Made by a program: the position numbers and the translations under genes
Assembly (NCBI GenBank): GCA_030141605.1
Contig: JAQGDQ010000563.1
Coordinates: 16,293-80,292 of the forward strand
Source of the DNA: Tubiluchus corallicola
Taxonomy: Eukaryota; Animalia; Priapulida
Length of the DNA: 64,000 nucleotides
Direction: 5' to 3'
The notes under the pieces: generated by a model
What the model saw: the letters and a program-made list of their open reading frames with translations, nothing else
Told to the model about the DNA's origin: nothing
The model's database searches: none
In this document: positions 34,733 through 48,633 of the stretch, piece after piece
Numbering within the stretch: the stretch's first letter is position 1
Layout: the number at the start of each line of letters is the position of its first letter

Positions 34733-37700
34733 TACTGTTGGAACGTTGCTTTGGCGTTGGCGTTGGTCTTTTTCAAACGTCTGGCGTTGGTGTTTAGATT
34801 GAAATTAACAGAAATGATAAATTCAAAGTGGTGATACAAATTCGGAAGTTCCTTGAATACTATCTTGCAAAACCTAGAAAATTAACGTACACATCATTTT
34901 GTAAAGAAATTTTTATATAATTAACCTTAGATCGACTATATGATCAACTTAATATAATTCATTATAACTAATAATAATATATATATATAACTAATCAATA
35001 TATTATAATAACACAAAATGTCTATGATCAATTTAAAATTATACTGCAATGTGTTTTAACTCGAAGATTAAACTTACTTATGCGTTCTGTATTTATTTTC
35101 ACAAATGCAAAAAAATATATATACCTACACTCCAGTACTGGAAGCTGCCGTGGCTCTGATTACTTGTACCTTGTTAATATTAAAAAAGTTGCTTGTATAA
35201 ATTGGAGCTGTCCAAGAACTAACAACGTCTACAATGGTATTAAGATTGAAAAAGCTTTCGTGTAAATCACTCATGTTAGAAAGCTTAAAAACTGGGTTAT
35301 TTGAATGATTACCGAGACGTTCAGAGAAGCAAGATTAATTTAATAAATATGAGAAATTTTGTGCTAAATTGAAATCAAAGATTTCAAGAAATTCCCTATA
35401 ATCTCATAGCTACCAAAAAAGCTTCTCGTGGTTTGCATAAAGTATACGGCAGAAGAAAAAGGCAAATACACAAGTAAATACGTGCGTAATGGACTTTACA
35501 GCAGTCATGCCACTTAGGGGAGTTGATAAGAGCAAAAATTGCTCAATTTTTGATAAAATTTGTACAGCTGTAGCATTTGACAAATCCTTTTAGTTAAATT
35601 ATAGTTCTACGAATTGCTCTAGCTATCTCCATAAAATATTTCTGATCGTAAATAGTGCCACACTAATTAATAAGTTTTGCACATTTTAAAAGGCATATTG
35701 GTGCAATTGCAACAGCTCACTGTGCAACGCTTGTACAAACTTTTCACAATGCCAGATAACACGTGGCAACTACACGTTTTAATATTGTATTGGTCCGACA
35801 TTTGCAAAAACAATGTGACATCATTAGTTCAACATTGTCGTGCAACGTGGAATAATTATGGAATACTGGTTGCTTCTGTAACCTCCCCTTATTAAATTAA
35901 AATAAGTTTATACCCGATTCTTCGATTATCTTACATGTTAATATAAATTTACTAATCAATCAACAGGCTCAGCCCGCCATAAGCTTCACTTGGGTTGCTT
36001 GATACACGTGGTGTGAATTTTTTCCTAGTCTTTTAGACACTAAGACTGCTGGTAATAAATCTAGTAGAGCCAATAGTAGCCAAGCTGCTTGTTTTATTAA
36101 TAGAACGTAATACGAGGTAATTACATATGTTTTCTAATGTAAAAATCATACGAAACTAGTGGCCAAAGTTTCTGAGGCGGTCAGGAACTGAAGATTTTAC
36201 AAACAATAATTACAGAATTACAATGTTGAAAATCATGATTTTATTGAATTCTAGTTGCTTGATTACCTGGTGGGCCTTGGCAGGTAATACTAGCACTAAA
36301 ATATCGATCTGTGGGAGTTTATTGGAACACAAATGTTTTTTCTGAATCAGTAAGTATGTTATGTAGTATTCTAGAATCCCCTGTGGATTGACCTTTGGGA
36401 AATTTTTTTTGGGTCGGCTGAATTTAGGCCCAGATGAGCCTGAAAATGTAGAAATTTGTGCACGGCAAGAATGAGGTCATACAAGCTTTGAGAGGCTACA
36501 ATTTTTTAGCATTATGCTCAAGTATGATTATCTAGATAGTTGCAGAAAAAATTTGAATGGTCCGTCATGACTCACCAACCTAAAAACTGTCCCGTCTCAG
36601 AAGAGTCCATTAATGTATTGAAGATACACGATGTTCATTTTTCTCAAGCTACTTTTATTACAACTGTAAAATTTTTGCCTATACAGTGTTCTGTTCTTAC
36701 ACACGGTTAGATAAAGTTCCAGCGTCATGCTTACATAAAATATTACAAAAAAGTGATAAGCACATAGCTTTAGATGCATATTTTTCATTTTACCACCTTA
36801 AATCATTTAAGTTTATGATGAATGATCCTCATTATATTTAAAGAATATTTCTCATTGTATCTCATTGGAACAAATTGTCAAAAGTCTATCCTCGTGTGAC
36901 ACAGGAACTTGACTCGAGTCATGTAACCATCCCATCAAGATTAGCCTTAGCAGTAATATCAATTAGTTACAATGGTTACTATTTAAATTAGTAACAGCCT
37001 TGGTAAGAAGGTTAGATTGGATTTTGAGCTGTTTGTAGTGTTTAGGAGTAGGGTGAGTTACACAATTACATTAAAAAAATGTGTTAAGAAGCGAGGTAAT
37101 TCGGTAGTTTTTTTTTTACTTAAGTTTCAAACATTTCATAATTGCGGCCATGCAAAAACGAAACCACGATAATCAGGCATCGTATTAGCTGTTTCACATA
37201 AAAAAACTATTATAAAAACAAAAAGAAATTATTTTTGTCATTTTAGCTTTGTTTAATCTAGAAACTACTAGACCCAAAAAATTTAAAAAAGAAGGAAAAT
37301 AATAAGCAAAAAAGTTGTGAAATTTTGATAATGCACCTGGGAGATTAATTGTTACGGGGTCAGTCGAAAATTCTGCAATAATGTCACCATTTTCAAGGTG
37401 ACCAACAAGATTTTTGTCGCTAGTTCTTAAAAAATATCACTGAAAAAGCAATGGGCACTGCAAACTGATCAAACTTTGTTATAATTGGTTTGGCCTGTAT
37501 GGTAGTAATTATTATTATTATTATTCAGTTAAACTTTAACAATATCAACAATACAATACAATCCACATCACTTGTTAAATGCAAAGTCTGTCTGACAAAT
37601 CACTGTGCTGCACGAAACAAACTGTTCAATACAGAATCTATAAATCATAAAATATGGTGATGTAAATTGTAACAGTGACTGTAACAAATTTCTGTTATCG

Positions 37701-40509
37701 TAACGCCCAGAGTGTCTTAAAGACATACGACTGAAGTAATGGATATTGCCAAAGAATCAACTCTGTCAGCCAACACTTTTGTCAACACTGATTTGGTATA
37801 CAAGGTAGTAATTATTATTATCATTCAGTTAAACTGTAAAAATATAAACAATAGCATGTATGTCATGCATGTTGGACATGCAAAGCATTGTGCCGTAAGA
37901 AACAAACTGTCCAATACAGAATTTATAAAATGATTTGGTGATACAAATAACATTAAATCTAAAACAATCTCTCCCATTCAATGCATCTGCCCAGAGCTGT
38001 TCAAGCAAAACAAGTATGAAGAATACGGCAGGCATGGGAAAAATTGTCGGAATTTCTATTTTGTTGTGAAAAGAATGGGAGGGCGGGAAATCATAGAAAA
38101 CTGTAAATTGAGAAAAAAGAAGCCATATTAATGTGATGACTACACATCTACCTGACTCGTTAACTTATTACACACACAATGATATCTCAAAGATTGTATG
38201 CAAACATGCAGTAATAATAAGATGATCTAAATAATACTTCAAAACGTTGTATTAGTAATATGGCAAAACGTATAGAGTTTACTAATAACACTGAAATGTG
38301 TGTAGGCAACTTGAGTTTCAAAAATAACCAGTCAAACATTATGCTGTGTTCGGTACACAAATATTAGTTATGAAAAAACATGTAACATTTATGTACAAAA
38401 TTAGACGTAAAACAAATAGCCAAACACCCAGCTCAAGATCTATAGTGTGATCACTATTCATTTTAATAATTTTTTATACAATAGTAAAATACTTAAGTAA
38501 AAAGGTATATTCAGGTTGTTTTCAACTTGTTTTGTGCAAAACTTCTTTCAGTAGCATGACGTCACCAATGCACAAAACTCTTCTGCCTGCTTCAAAATGA
38601 TTTCTTCTGTGACGGCTTGAACAGTCAGACAGCTTGGAGAATAGTCAGGTGAAAGTGCGAAAAGGAATAAGTCACATCATCTGCTTCCTTTTGGATTTTA
38701 GCAAAGCTCAATGATGGGTCTAAAAATCTTCAGCTGGTCAGCTGTGGAAGCAATTAAAGCACAATGTTCATTTTTTGCTGTCAATCTTGCTAAACAACTT
38801 CTGGAAGTTTTCCTTATTAATTATTGGAGCCTTTGTTCTGGTATGCCAAACGAGAACCTGAAACAGAAAAGCATTTGTATAAAACAGGCTGTCTTGGCCT
38901 TCTACAAATTTCTTTGCTTTATCACATAAAAAACAAGACATCGAGATTACTAAAAATGGCGTAACTTCTATACATTAGAAAAATAAGCTATAGTCTCCTG
39001 GGAATTTAGTAGTGTTGTACTAATAATATAACATTGTGTTTATTACTAATGACAACGCAGAGTTTTTTAAGTTTTCAATGAATGGTCATTACATGTATCA
39101 TATTATAATTATTATTTGATCTGTTTTTCATTATTGATGCATGCAATTGATGTTTGAACATATTTTCCATTGATTTCATTGATGATTAGATCACTAACAA
39201 AAAAGAAGAAAGGCACGTTTAGGTACTTTGTTATTTTAGGTACAAATTTAAAATTTCCTTAACAAATGAACAAAGAGACATTTATAACTGATGTTGCCTT
39301 TTGCAACATATTGTTTGTTTTAGTATAAAAGGTATTTACGTTTTCAAAACTTTTGTGAGTGCCGTGTAACATTCTTAATGCAGCACTTTATTAATTATAT
39401 GACAACGTATTTTATTGTTTCTGTTGTTAAAATTACATGCATCAAAACTGTTGCATCCTGCTTTTTAGTATTGCTTGTTAAATTTTACATTGTTTCTGTT
39501 TTTGTGAATGTACGAGCATTTTTATAACATGTATGTATGTAACATGTATTTTTTTGCCTGAAATTGGGAGCTTTTGCAACTTTAATAGTTCATTATTGGT
39601 TTGTTAGCTTACCTGAAAATTACCTGTAGATATGGTAAATACAGACTCCAAGTTCTTATGTGTACTTTTTATAACTTATAAAAACTTGATGAACATAGGC
39701 ATAGTGTCACTTTGATTCATTTGTGATTTTCAAACAAGTCTATTGTTTGTTTACTAATCTATTCCAAACAACAAAACATTTTGGCAAATACCTTATGTGA
39801 TGTGTTTACATTGTATTTTTGCTGAATTCTAATTTTTTCTCCACAATCAATTTTTTGGCAAGACATGTAGTGTTGAAAAAGATGAATTCTTTTTTGTTGT
39901 TGTTTGTCTTGTTAAAAACTTTTGCTAAGCCCATAGGACAGTAACGTGCCATATTTGTGCAAGAACTTTAATCACTGGCTAATCTGCAGATATAGATTTT
40001 CCGAACAATTAATGAGACGTTAATTAATTAATTAACGTTAAAATCTTTCGACACTTTAACGGTTTTTTTGGGGCATCTTTTCCGGGCCATCTGTCCAGAT
40101 TTTTAATGAGATAGAGGTGCTGTACTTAGCAAATATACTCAGCTGCTTCAAGAGACTGTAACAGTCTATTAACTGAATCACTCCTGTTGAAAGCTATAAC
40201 TGTTAAGGTCAAGTGAAAATCTTTCACATTTAGAGAATGTGGGTCCATTTGTATGAGGTAGACAGTCTTGGTCGTAAATTTATCTTTTCATGCGGTTTAA
40301 CAGATTCTCAAATAAATGTTAGAATGATTAGTAAACAACACAAAATGGTCATATACGCCTTTAATAATATTTTGAATGTGTATACAAGTTTTTTAGCGAA
40401 ATATGCGCCAGGGACACGCATGTACATTTTTACAACATGAAATTATGTGTTCGGTTCTTATGCAGACAAGATTTACCGACAATATTTTCGCTGGGGGAAA
40501 CAGTCTTCA

Positions 40510-40549
40510 TTCTCTCTCTCTCCGTCTCTCTCTCTCTATACACACACAA

Positions 40550-40640
<91 letters not shown>
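40510..40640. repeat. (CT)n then (CA)n microsatellite
   Basis: read directly. Confidence 0.97.
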
Positions 40641-40644
<4 letters not shown>

Positions 40645-43600
40645 AATACATATCACAAAATTTAGCGGATATTAGATATTCTTACTTGCTGTTTTTCATA
40701 AAATATTTTTGTATTTATTAACTTTTAATGAGACAGGCTCCTGTCTCTTTTTCATGTTTTGCGATGACTTTTTGTCCAGTGATACTTTGAATAAAAGTGC
40801 TGCATTTTTAGTTATAAGATTTTCATAGTAATTTGGTGAATGTCTGACTGATCAGAAGACAAAATTTATGACCTAATACTTGCATTGCAAGTTGCTAACT
40901 ACCATGTCACTTGAGTATGTAAGTATGCTGAATAGGTAAAAATATGCAAATAAACTGAATAAAACATTAGAAAGTTTAAATTCTGGGCAATAAGTGATCA
41001 GTGGAGTAGCAAGTGCTGGTGGCATCGTGGGGCAAAAAAAATTCTGGCGTCCTGCACTGTTAAACTTTTTAAGATAAGTGGTGAATCCACAAATTGTGCG
41101 CGTTTTATTGTGTCCCTGAGCCACACTCTCCCATCCTTATGATGGGATAAAGATAAACTATTTTTTTCTAAAAATCACCTTGAGTTGTATTTGCGGTACT
41201 GCGCCAGAATAAGTCTTTTCTAAGCATTAGTTGTTCATAACACGACATTCCTTAAACATTCAGCTGCAACATTAAAACATGCAAAGTTTATGAAAGATAC
41301 AGAATTCTACAGGTTTTCACAATAATAAAATCGGCACTTAGAGAAACAGTGGAGTTTGTTTAAATGCTGGTCGTATCATTATGAAAACCTGTAGAATTCT
41401 GTATCTTTGACTTAGGCAATTTTGCTGTATCTTGAAAACCTTTATTAATTGTTTTGTTAATGTCAGATAATTGTGTGCTTGCATTGTAAAATCGTCCAAG
41501 CCCATCACTCATAACTAAGCTGAGATAATCCACGTTGAAGTTGAGCTGCTGGCTACGCACTGAAAAACGTAATCTTGAGAAAATCACTGTTAAAATAAGC
41601 CATCGTTTTTTGTTGCATTTGTACAAAACACTTATCAATCGCATAAATGTTGGTTGCTACGGATTTTGCAAGAACACGTTGAGATTACGTTTAAATCCAG
41701 CTAAAAGCTCTTTCTGACAAAGATCTGGGCTTGGCAATAGAAAAATTTGAAACAAAATGATTACTTCCATGAGCCACTATTGGAGTTTGAAAATAAAAGT
41801 TTTTCTCATTGCATCACTTGCTTCTAGCCAGAAAATTGGTTTAAGAATTAGATTTCTAGTATTTTCTGGATAATTTGTTGCTAGAATATTAAAGTCCAAC
41901 ATATTTAGCTTTTGTTTTTATAACTTTGAAACACTCTCCACTTTGAAACATCATAACACAGTTTTAACTATGTCGACTTATGGCCGATTTTGGTTTGCAA
42001 GCACACAGTTAATAATTAACAGTTATTGAAGAGGTTACAGAGGTTTTCAATTCCTAATATTTTTTAATTTCTTTTGGCGGTATATGTAAGAGGAAACCAG
42101 ATGTGAATCTGCTATTTTCCAAAGAAACTTTGTAACTTGATTTTGCTGGTTTGTTTTGCTTGTTAGATGATGTCAGCAAAATCGAAACAAAGCAAGATGT
42201 AATTCGTCATCGTTTATGGAGAAACTTGTTTAGATAAAGTGTCGAACATTGTGCGGTTGTGAAGGAGTTATGTAACTTTTAAATGTCAGTTTCTAAACTA
42301 AAACCTCAACAACATGGCAATTTGTGGCTTCCACTATTATTAAAATAAATTCAGGCCAGTCTCTAACAATTTCACGTTTTTTTTTAAATTGCCATTCTAT
42401 CTTGCGTGAACAGCTTTGGACTCTCATTGGTATCCACCCAGAATTGATCTCGTAAGAGCGTCCGATTTCAAAGTACCGTTGTTATGATTGTTTCTGCTCG
42501 AATACTGATGTGGCAAAGTCAAAAAGCCTAAAGCAGCGTTCACTCTTTAAAAAAAATTATTAAGTGATAAGAGCAACAGAGCTATAAAGTATTATAGCAC
42601 GTTTTCTGACGTGTGAATGCAAATTTAGATGTTCAAAAAAGGAGTGGTGTAATTTTCTTAATTACTTACATCATAGCAGCATATAGTTGGCTCAAAGAGG
42701 AAATACATGTAGCACCAAGGCAAGAAAATATACAAATATTGAGCAACACAATAACAAAAATTAGCGCCTTAATTCACACATTAGGCTTTGCACATCAGTG
42801 ACTACGCTCACACCTTTTACTTGCCTTATACTACTGACACCTGGTGTTTGAAATTCACGAAAAATCCTCACACTAACAATATCTCAATAATTTGAAGCCA
42901 AACACAATCACTGAATCTGAATAAGCTGCTTAAGTTTAAACTATTATGTAATGAAATTTTAATACTGCTGATTAGTGAAGCTTGGAAAATTAGCTGCGCT
43001 GTTGCAAAAATCAATATAAATTATTTTATCTTTACAGCATGAAACCTATTTTTAGATGGCTACATGACAGTTCAGTTACTATATAGTTATTATGCACATA
43101 CATCACACACCTCCACATTGTGTTGCTGCCAAATTTTTGAGTATGATGCAACGTACTCATGCAGATACACAGAAAAAGTAATACCAAAAGTAACGATCGG
43201 TGAGTTCTAAAACGTGAAAGTTTTTTACTAACAAAGAGAATAAAAACATCTAAACTTTCCATCTAAGCAACTAAACAACTACCGTACTATGCCTTTGTTA
43301 TCAATAACCGTTGTTGAACGCTCAAATCTAGAGTAAGATGCACTATTCGGTATGATTCTTGTTTTAGTCTCTTTAGCCTGTTTATATTCCTCAGTGATGC
43401 CTGAGAAGCAAATCTAGGCTGGCGAAACAGTATTACCAACTCCTCCTTTTTTCCCAACCAGTGTTAAACGATTCATAAAATTGCTGTTTATATTTTTCAA
43501 CATATTCAATATAAAAAGGCTTTGTTTTACTATTTTCAGGCAGTTTATCCAACTCATAACGAACTTTTGTAGCTCGGTCATGATCGATTTAATAGTGCCT

Positions 43601-44199
43601 TTACGTGTTAGTATGGCAATAGATGTTTTTGCATATGTAGCGAATACCCTTGTGCTACAATCTCTTGTGCTGCACAACAAACCTGTGTCATGATCCGTTT
43701 CTAGCCCGGCCTCCATTTGGGACTGATAATGCCGTAGCACACACGAATCTGTGTTTACACATTGGATTTGAGCTATTTTGCACAAATGTTAAAATCCTTC
43801 ATGTTACTTTCAGTCTTTTAATAAACTTTTCCGCATTTTTCAAAATTTATTTTCTTGCTCTTGTTCTGGCACCTCTCCCTGTGGGCTCTCAATGATAAGA
43901 CATGATAATGATTTAACATGATTAGCACTCTTTTAGACTTTAGCAAAGGAGATTAAATTTTGGTAATTTCAGTTAATAATCTGTTAGTGCCTAGTGGCAC
44001 AGCTCATTTGAAGCATGTTGTTCATAGGAATAGCTATAACTTTCAATACTTCACATCATAAACATGATCCTGCTCGGATCATTTGTGATTACAATCCGGT
44101 ACTTTTAACTCAATTGAAGTATTTTGCCATTCTTTCAATGGTGCTCCAGGGTGGTGATTTAATTTAAAAAATCTTTATATTCTGTAGACATTCTTGTTG

Positions 44200-44765
44200 C
44201 TTTTCATCTCTTCTTACCATTCACTGGGGATCTCGAGGTTAGCTAAACAAAAGCTTCTATTGACATTCCTGTCTCTCTACTTGCTAAACGTCTCTTCTTA
44301 ACAATTTCCCAGTGAGTTCCACGTTGGTGGTTTAACTGAATAAAAAGCGTCTGCATTCTATTGACATTCCTGTCTATATTTGCTGAGCGTCTCTTCTCAA
44401 CTCTTTCACCGGGACTTCCAGGGTGGCGGTTTAACTGAACAAAAAACTTCTGCATTCTATTGACATTCCGATCTCTATTTGCTAAGCGGCTCTTCTTAAC
44501 TCTTTCCCTGGGAGTTCCAGGGAGGCAGCTTAACCAAACAAAAACTCTTCTGTAGACTATTGATATTCCTGTCCCTATTTGCTAAGCGGCTCTTCTTAAC
44601 TCTTTCCCTGGGAGTTCCAGGGAGGCGGTTTAACTGAACAAAAAGCTTCTGCAGACTATTGACATTCCTGTCTCTATTTGCTTAGCATCTTTTCTTAACT
44701 CTTTCACCGGGAGTTCCAGGGAAGCGGCTTAACCAAACAAAAAATTCTACAGACTATTGATAATA
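44200..44765. repeat. Diverged ~99-bp tandem repeat, ~6 copies
   Basis: ctattga(c/t)a anchor recurs at 44257, 44358, 44457, 44557, 44656 and 44754. Confidence 0.88.
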
Positions 44766-45117
44766 TTCTCTGTCTTTCAGCTCATTCTTTCCGGTATTTA
44801 AACAGTAACTAGGGTGTGACTAGTATTTGTCTACAATTGCTAAGGTGGGTTATAATTTGTCCACGTGTTTTGTCTCGATTAGTTATCAAAGAATTTAAAA
44901 GAATGTAGGCATTTTGGAGTTTAAAGTTTCTCCTGTGCAGAAAGTGGTACTAAGACATACGCAATAGTTATTGAGGTAATAATGGTTATTGACGCAATAA
45001 TGAGAAATGGCTATTGCTTCACGCTTCTTTGTAGAAAAGATTTTGTCAATTTTAGTGGAATGTTGTACGTAGACTATTATCAGTCTTGTCTGTATTTGCT
45101 CTGCTTTCTTTGTTAAA

Positions 45118-45325
45118 TCTTTCACAGGTGTGGAATGCAGCCTTTGAAATTGAAGTGTGTAATCACTCTTCTTTATTTGCTTAACTCTTTCCGAGGTGTG
45201 GAATGCAGCCTTTGAAATTCAAGTGTGTAATAACTCTTCTTTATTTGCTTAACTCTTTCACAGGTGTGGAATGCAGCCTTTGAAATTCAAGTGTGTAATC
45301 ACTCTGCTTTATTTGCTTAACTGTT
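45118..45325. repeat. 68-bp tandem repeat, 3 copies
   Basis: ggtgtggaatgcagcctttgaaatt at 45127, 45195 and 45263. Confidence 0.92.
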
Positions 45326-47144
45326 TTGCCGGCGCCATTTTCCAGATTACCCAGGTTAATTTATTGACACAAGAAGATTTTAATTCTGTTTCGGAATTTT
45401 GCACTTCTTTAACATGAATGAAATGAGTTCTAAGATAAATATTGCGGCATCTTGGATTGAAAAGCTCTTTGTAGGAAAGCCTTTGAAGAATATTAAGTAT
45501 TTGTGAAATCTCTCAGGTTGTTCAATGTAAAATGCATTGATGAATCCATGTTTACACAGTCAGATATTTCTTCCTGCCTCTTCCTTGGTGTTTTTAGGTT
45601 TGGTTGATTTATACACGAATTTTACGATGTGAGAAAATATTGTCAAAAGAGCTCAGAAAAAGCCATTTAGACACGTTTAAAGTCAATATTAAACCCGAAT
45701 TTAAAAATTTCTACCGTCGTTCAAGTTAATAATGTTAATGAAATGGCTGTTGATGTCTGTTACATCAGAATAGAAGGCTTGTCTTAATAGTTGTAATGAA
45801 AAAGCTGGCAGGTTTAATGAACAGTTCAATAAGGGTATCGAACCATCTTGAACAGTTTTGAAGGAATGTTAAATATTGGTGAAATCTCTCTACTTGTTCA
45901 AAAGTTTCTTGGATGATGAATCCATGTTTACACAATCTGATATTTCTTCTTTCACAAGATCTGAACTATAAACTTAATCGTTCAAGCAATGCTACACAAT
46001 AATTTGTTTCTGAAATTATAATATATTGAAAACATAATTATGATGTTGAAATAAATGTGTCATAAAGCACAGATTGTTATGTGACGAAATCTCTGGCTCA
46101 TTATGAAGGGCAACCCTGTAAAATGAGCTACTGAACTGTCAGAAGCGACTAAGTCGCATTATGCCAGCTAGTGAATTGTCGTTTGAAACATCCTCCATCC
46201 ACAAGGTAAACAGTCAGGATCGCATGGTAAATGAAGCCAAATAAAAAATCAAAACCATGCTCGAAATCATAAGCTACACTAGAGTATTATAATAATCCTG
46301 AGATTTAGTAGACTTCTCTTTGTGCTGAGTTTCAATGTGGATGGTTAAAAATTTCCAAATTACTAATTGAATGATTAGGTATAACGCTTTTCATCTTCCT
46401 GTTTAGATCACTATTAAATCTTAAGTTGTGTACTTTAAAATTATTATTTTTTGTACGCAAATAGTAGCAAATAGCCAAGCCCCACAAAAGATTTTTGCAC
46501 ATAAATCCACAACTACAACCTACACACCACTCACACCTCAATTGACGTCACATCACCCACACCATACCACCCACATCATAAAACATCCACCTCGCCACCC
46601 AAACGGCAACATGTAAACTACACCACATGACCCACATCGTGCCCTACCCATCACAACTGCCATTCCACAACAGCCACTCCATGCCATTCCCACCAAGCCA
46701 CGCACATGATATCACGCCATGCATTGCAGATGATGATAACAATTTTGATGACCATGATGATGCTGACAATGTTGATGATAGTGACATCTGACGACCAACA
46801 ATAACAACACAACAGCACAACTGTGAAACATTTTGCACAAATTTTTAGCTGTGTGCTAAGAAAAATGCTAGTACCTCCTTAAGGACCACAAGACCTTACA
46901 AAGCCTATGGCCTTTTACAATTGTATGAGCACAGACAAAGCTAAATAATTATAAATTAGGCACTGTTCCTATTTGGGAGAACATTAGCTATTCAATCGCG
47001 CTATTTGTTTAAGCATCTATTTGTGATTTAATTGGATCATATTAAGAATAACACGCCCTAACATTTCAGGCACTCCATGTTAGCCCTTTGAGTTGCTAAT
47101 TGTGGGTTACACTTGCGACATTGTACAAACTACTTTGTTATGAC

Positions 47145-47412
47145 CTGCTTGCTACAGCACAAGAACACAGATTTCTACTGCTTGCTACAGCCCAAGAACA
47201 CAGATTTCTACTGCTTGCTACAGCACAAGAACACAGATTTCTACAGCTTGCTACAGCCCAAGAACACAGAGTTCTACAGCTTGCTGCAGCCCAAGAACAC
47301 AGATTTCTGCTGCTTGCTACAGCCCAAGAACACAGATTTCTACTGCTTGCTGCAGCCCAAGAACACAGATTTCTGCTGCTTGCTACAGCCCAAGAACACA
47401 GAGTTCTACAGC
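47145..47412. repeat. 33-bp minisatellite, ~8 copies, inside a dispersed repeat
   Basis: unit ctgcttgctacagcccaagaacacagatttcta; host 46895-47460 resembles 18787-19107. Confidence 0.92.
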
Positions 47413-47589
47413 ATTTACAGGAGAATTTCTATCCCATTAGCCAATAACAAATTAAGGTTGACCGGCACAAGTGCGCTGAGTGGCGGAAAAAAACAAAATG
47501 TCTCTCCTACAAAATCGTAAATTTCAACGTTTGAAAAAATTAAAGTGGAGTTTGCTATATATTTGTAAAAAAATTTCTTTTTAAATCAA

Positions 47590-48120
47590 GTAAGCAACGT
47601 CAACCAAAATTTTACGTTCTGGAGACGAAACAATAGAGGTAAGCTGGAATTTGGAACAATATCTACTGAAATTATGTGGCCATGTTTTGCAGGAATTTTC
47701 CCGACAACGCACATCTGACAAAATTTTACGTTCTGGAGACGAAACAATAGAGGTAAGCTGGAATTTGGAACAATATCTACTGAAATTATGTGGCCATGTT
47801 TTGCAGGAATTTTCCCGACAACGCACATCTGGTAGCACGATTGTAAACAAATTCTGCCGACAGTTTAGTGGATGGTTTCCTGCATTACTCTTCTGTGCAA
47901 TTTGCTTACCATGACGAAATAGTAAAGCAAAACGAGAAACTCTTGCCACTCTTGAGCAAGAAAACACAATTTTGAAAACAACTGTAGCCAAATTAGAAGT
48001 ACAGTTACGTAATACCGAAAAAATGTAGATGCTTTAGAACAGTATGATAGGAGAGACATGCTAGAAATTACTGGGATACCTCATGTACAACAAGAATGTA
48101 CCAACGACATTGTCCAATGA
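47590..48120 (+). mobile_element. Decayed CR1/L2-type LINE ORF1 fragment with a 114-bp tandem duplication (47605-47831)
   Basis: LEQENTILKTTVAKLE coiled coil, then after a frameshift DALEQYDRRDMLEITGIP..QQEC. Confidence 0.7.
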
Positions 48121-48602
48121 CATTGTGAACAGTGAAATGTACATCTTGGTCAAGGAGCTATAGCAACTTTTCATTGCCTGCAAAGGCCAAGGTCTTTAAG
48201 TAATAATAGTAAATAGCTGTGCCCAGCAAAAGATTTTTACTAGTAAATATACAACTACAACCCTCACCCACGCTACACCACCCATCACAAAACCCACTCC
48301 ATGCCATCACCCACCACCCAAACTATGTCACTCACATCATGCCACACCAATCACACAATCCACACACTACATCACACACATCACACCATGCCATCCATAA
48401 CATCACCTGCGCCACCCAAATCACCTATTCAATACCAGTCACGTCATACCTCCCACGCAATGCCCCACACCATCTCATCAAGTTATCCAGAAAACACTAA
48501 ACAAACCCACACTCACAACAACAACCCACACGACACTTACCACACTCTCTACCATAAACCACACCACTGCACCATTATGTTGATCTTGATGATAGTGATG
48601 AT

Positions 48603-48633
<31 letters not shown>

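Noticed and set aside
38770-38857. Possible minus-strand terminal exon VLVWHTRTKAPIINKENFQKLFSKIDSKK* after a tttcag acceptor
   Set aside because: No recognisable family and no partner exons found.
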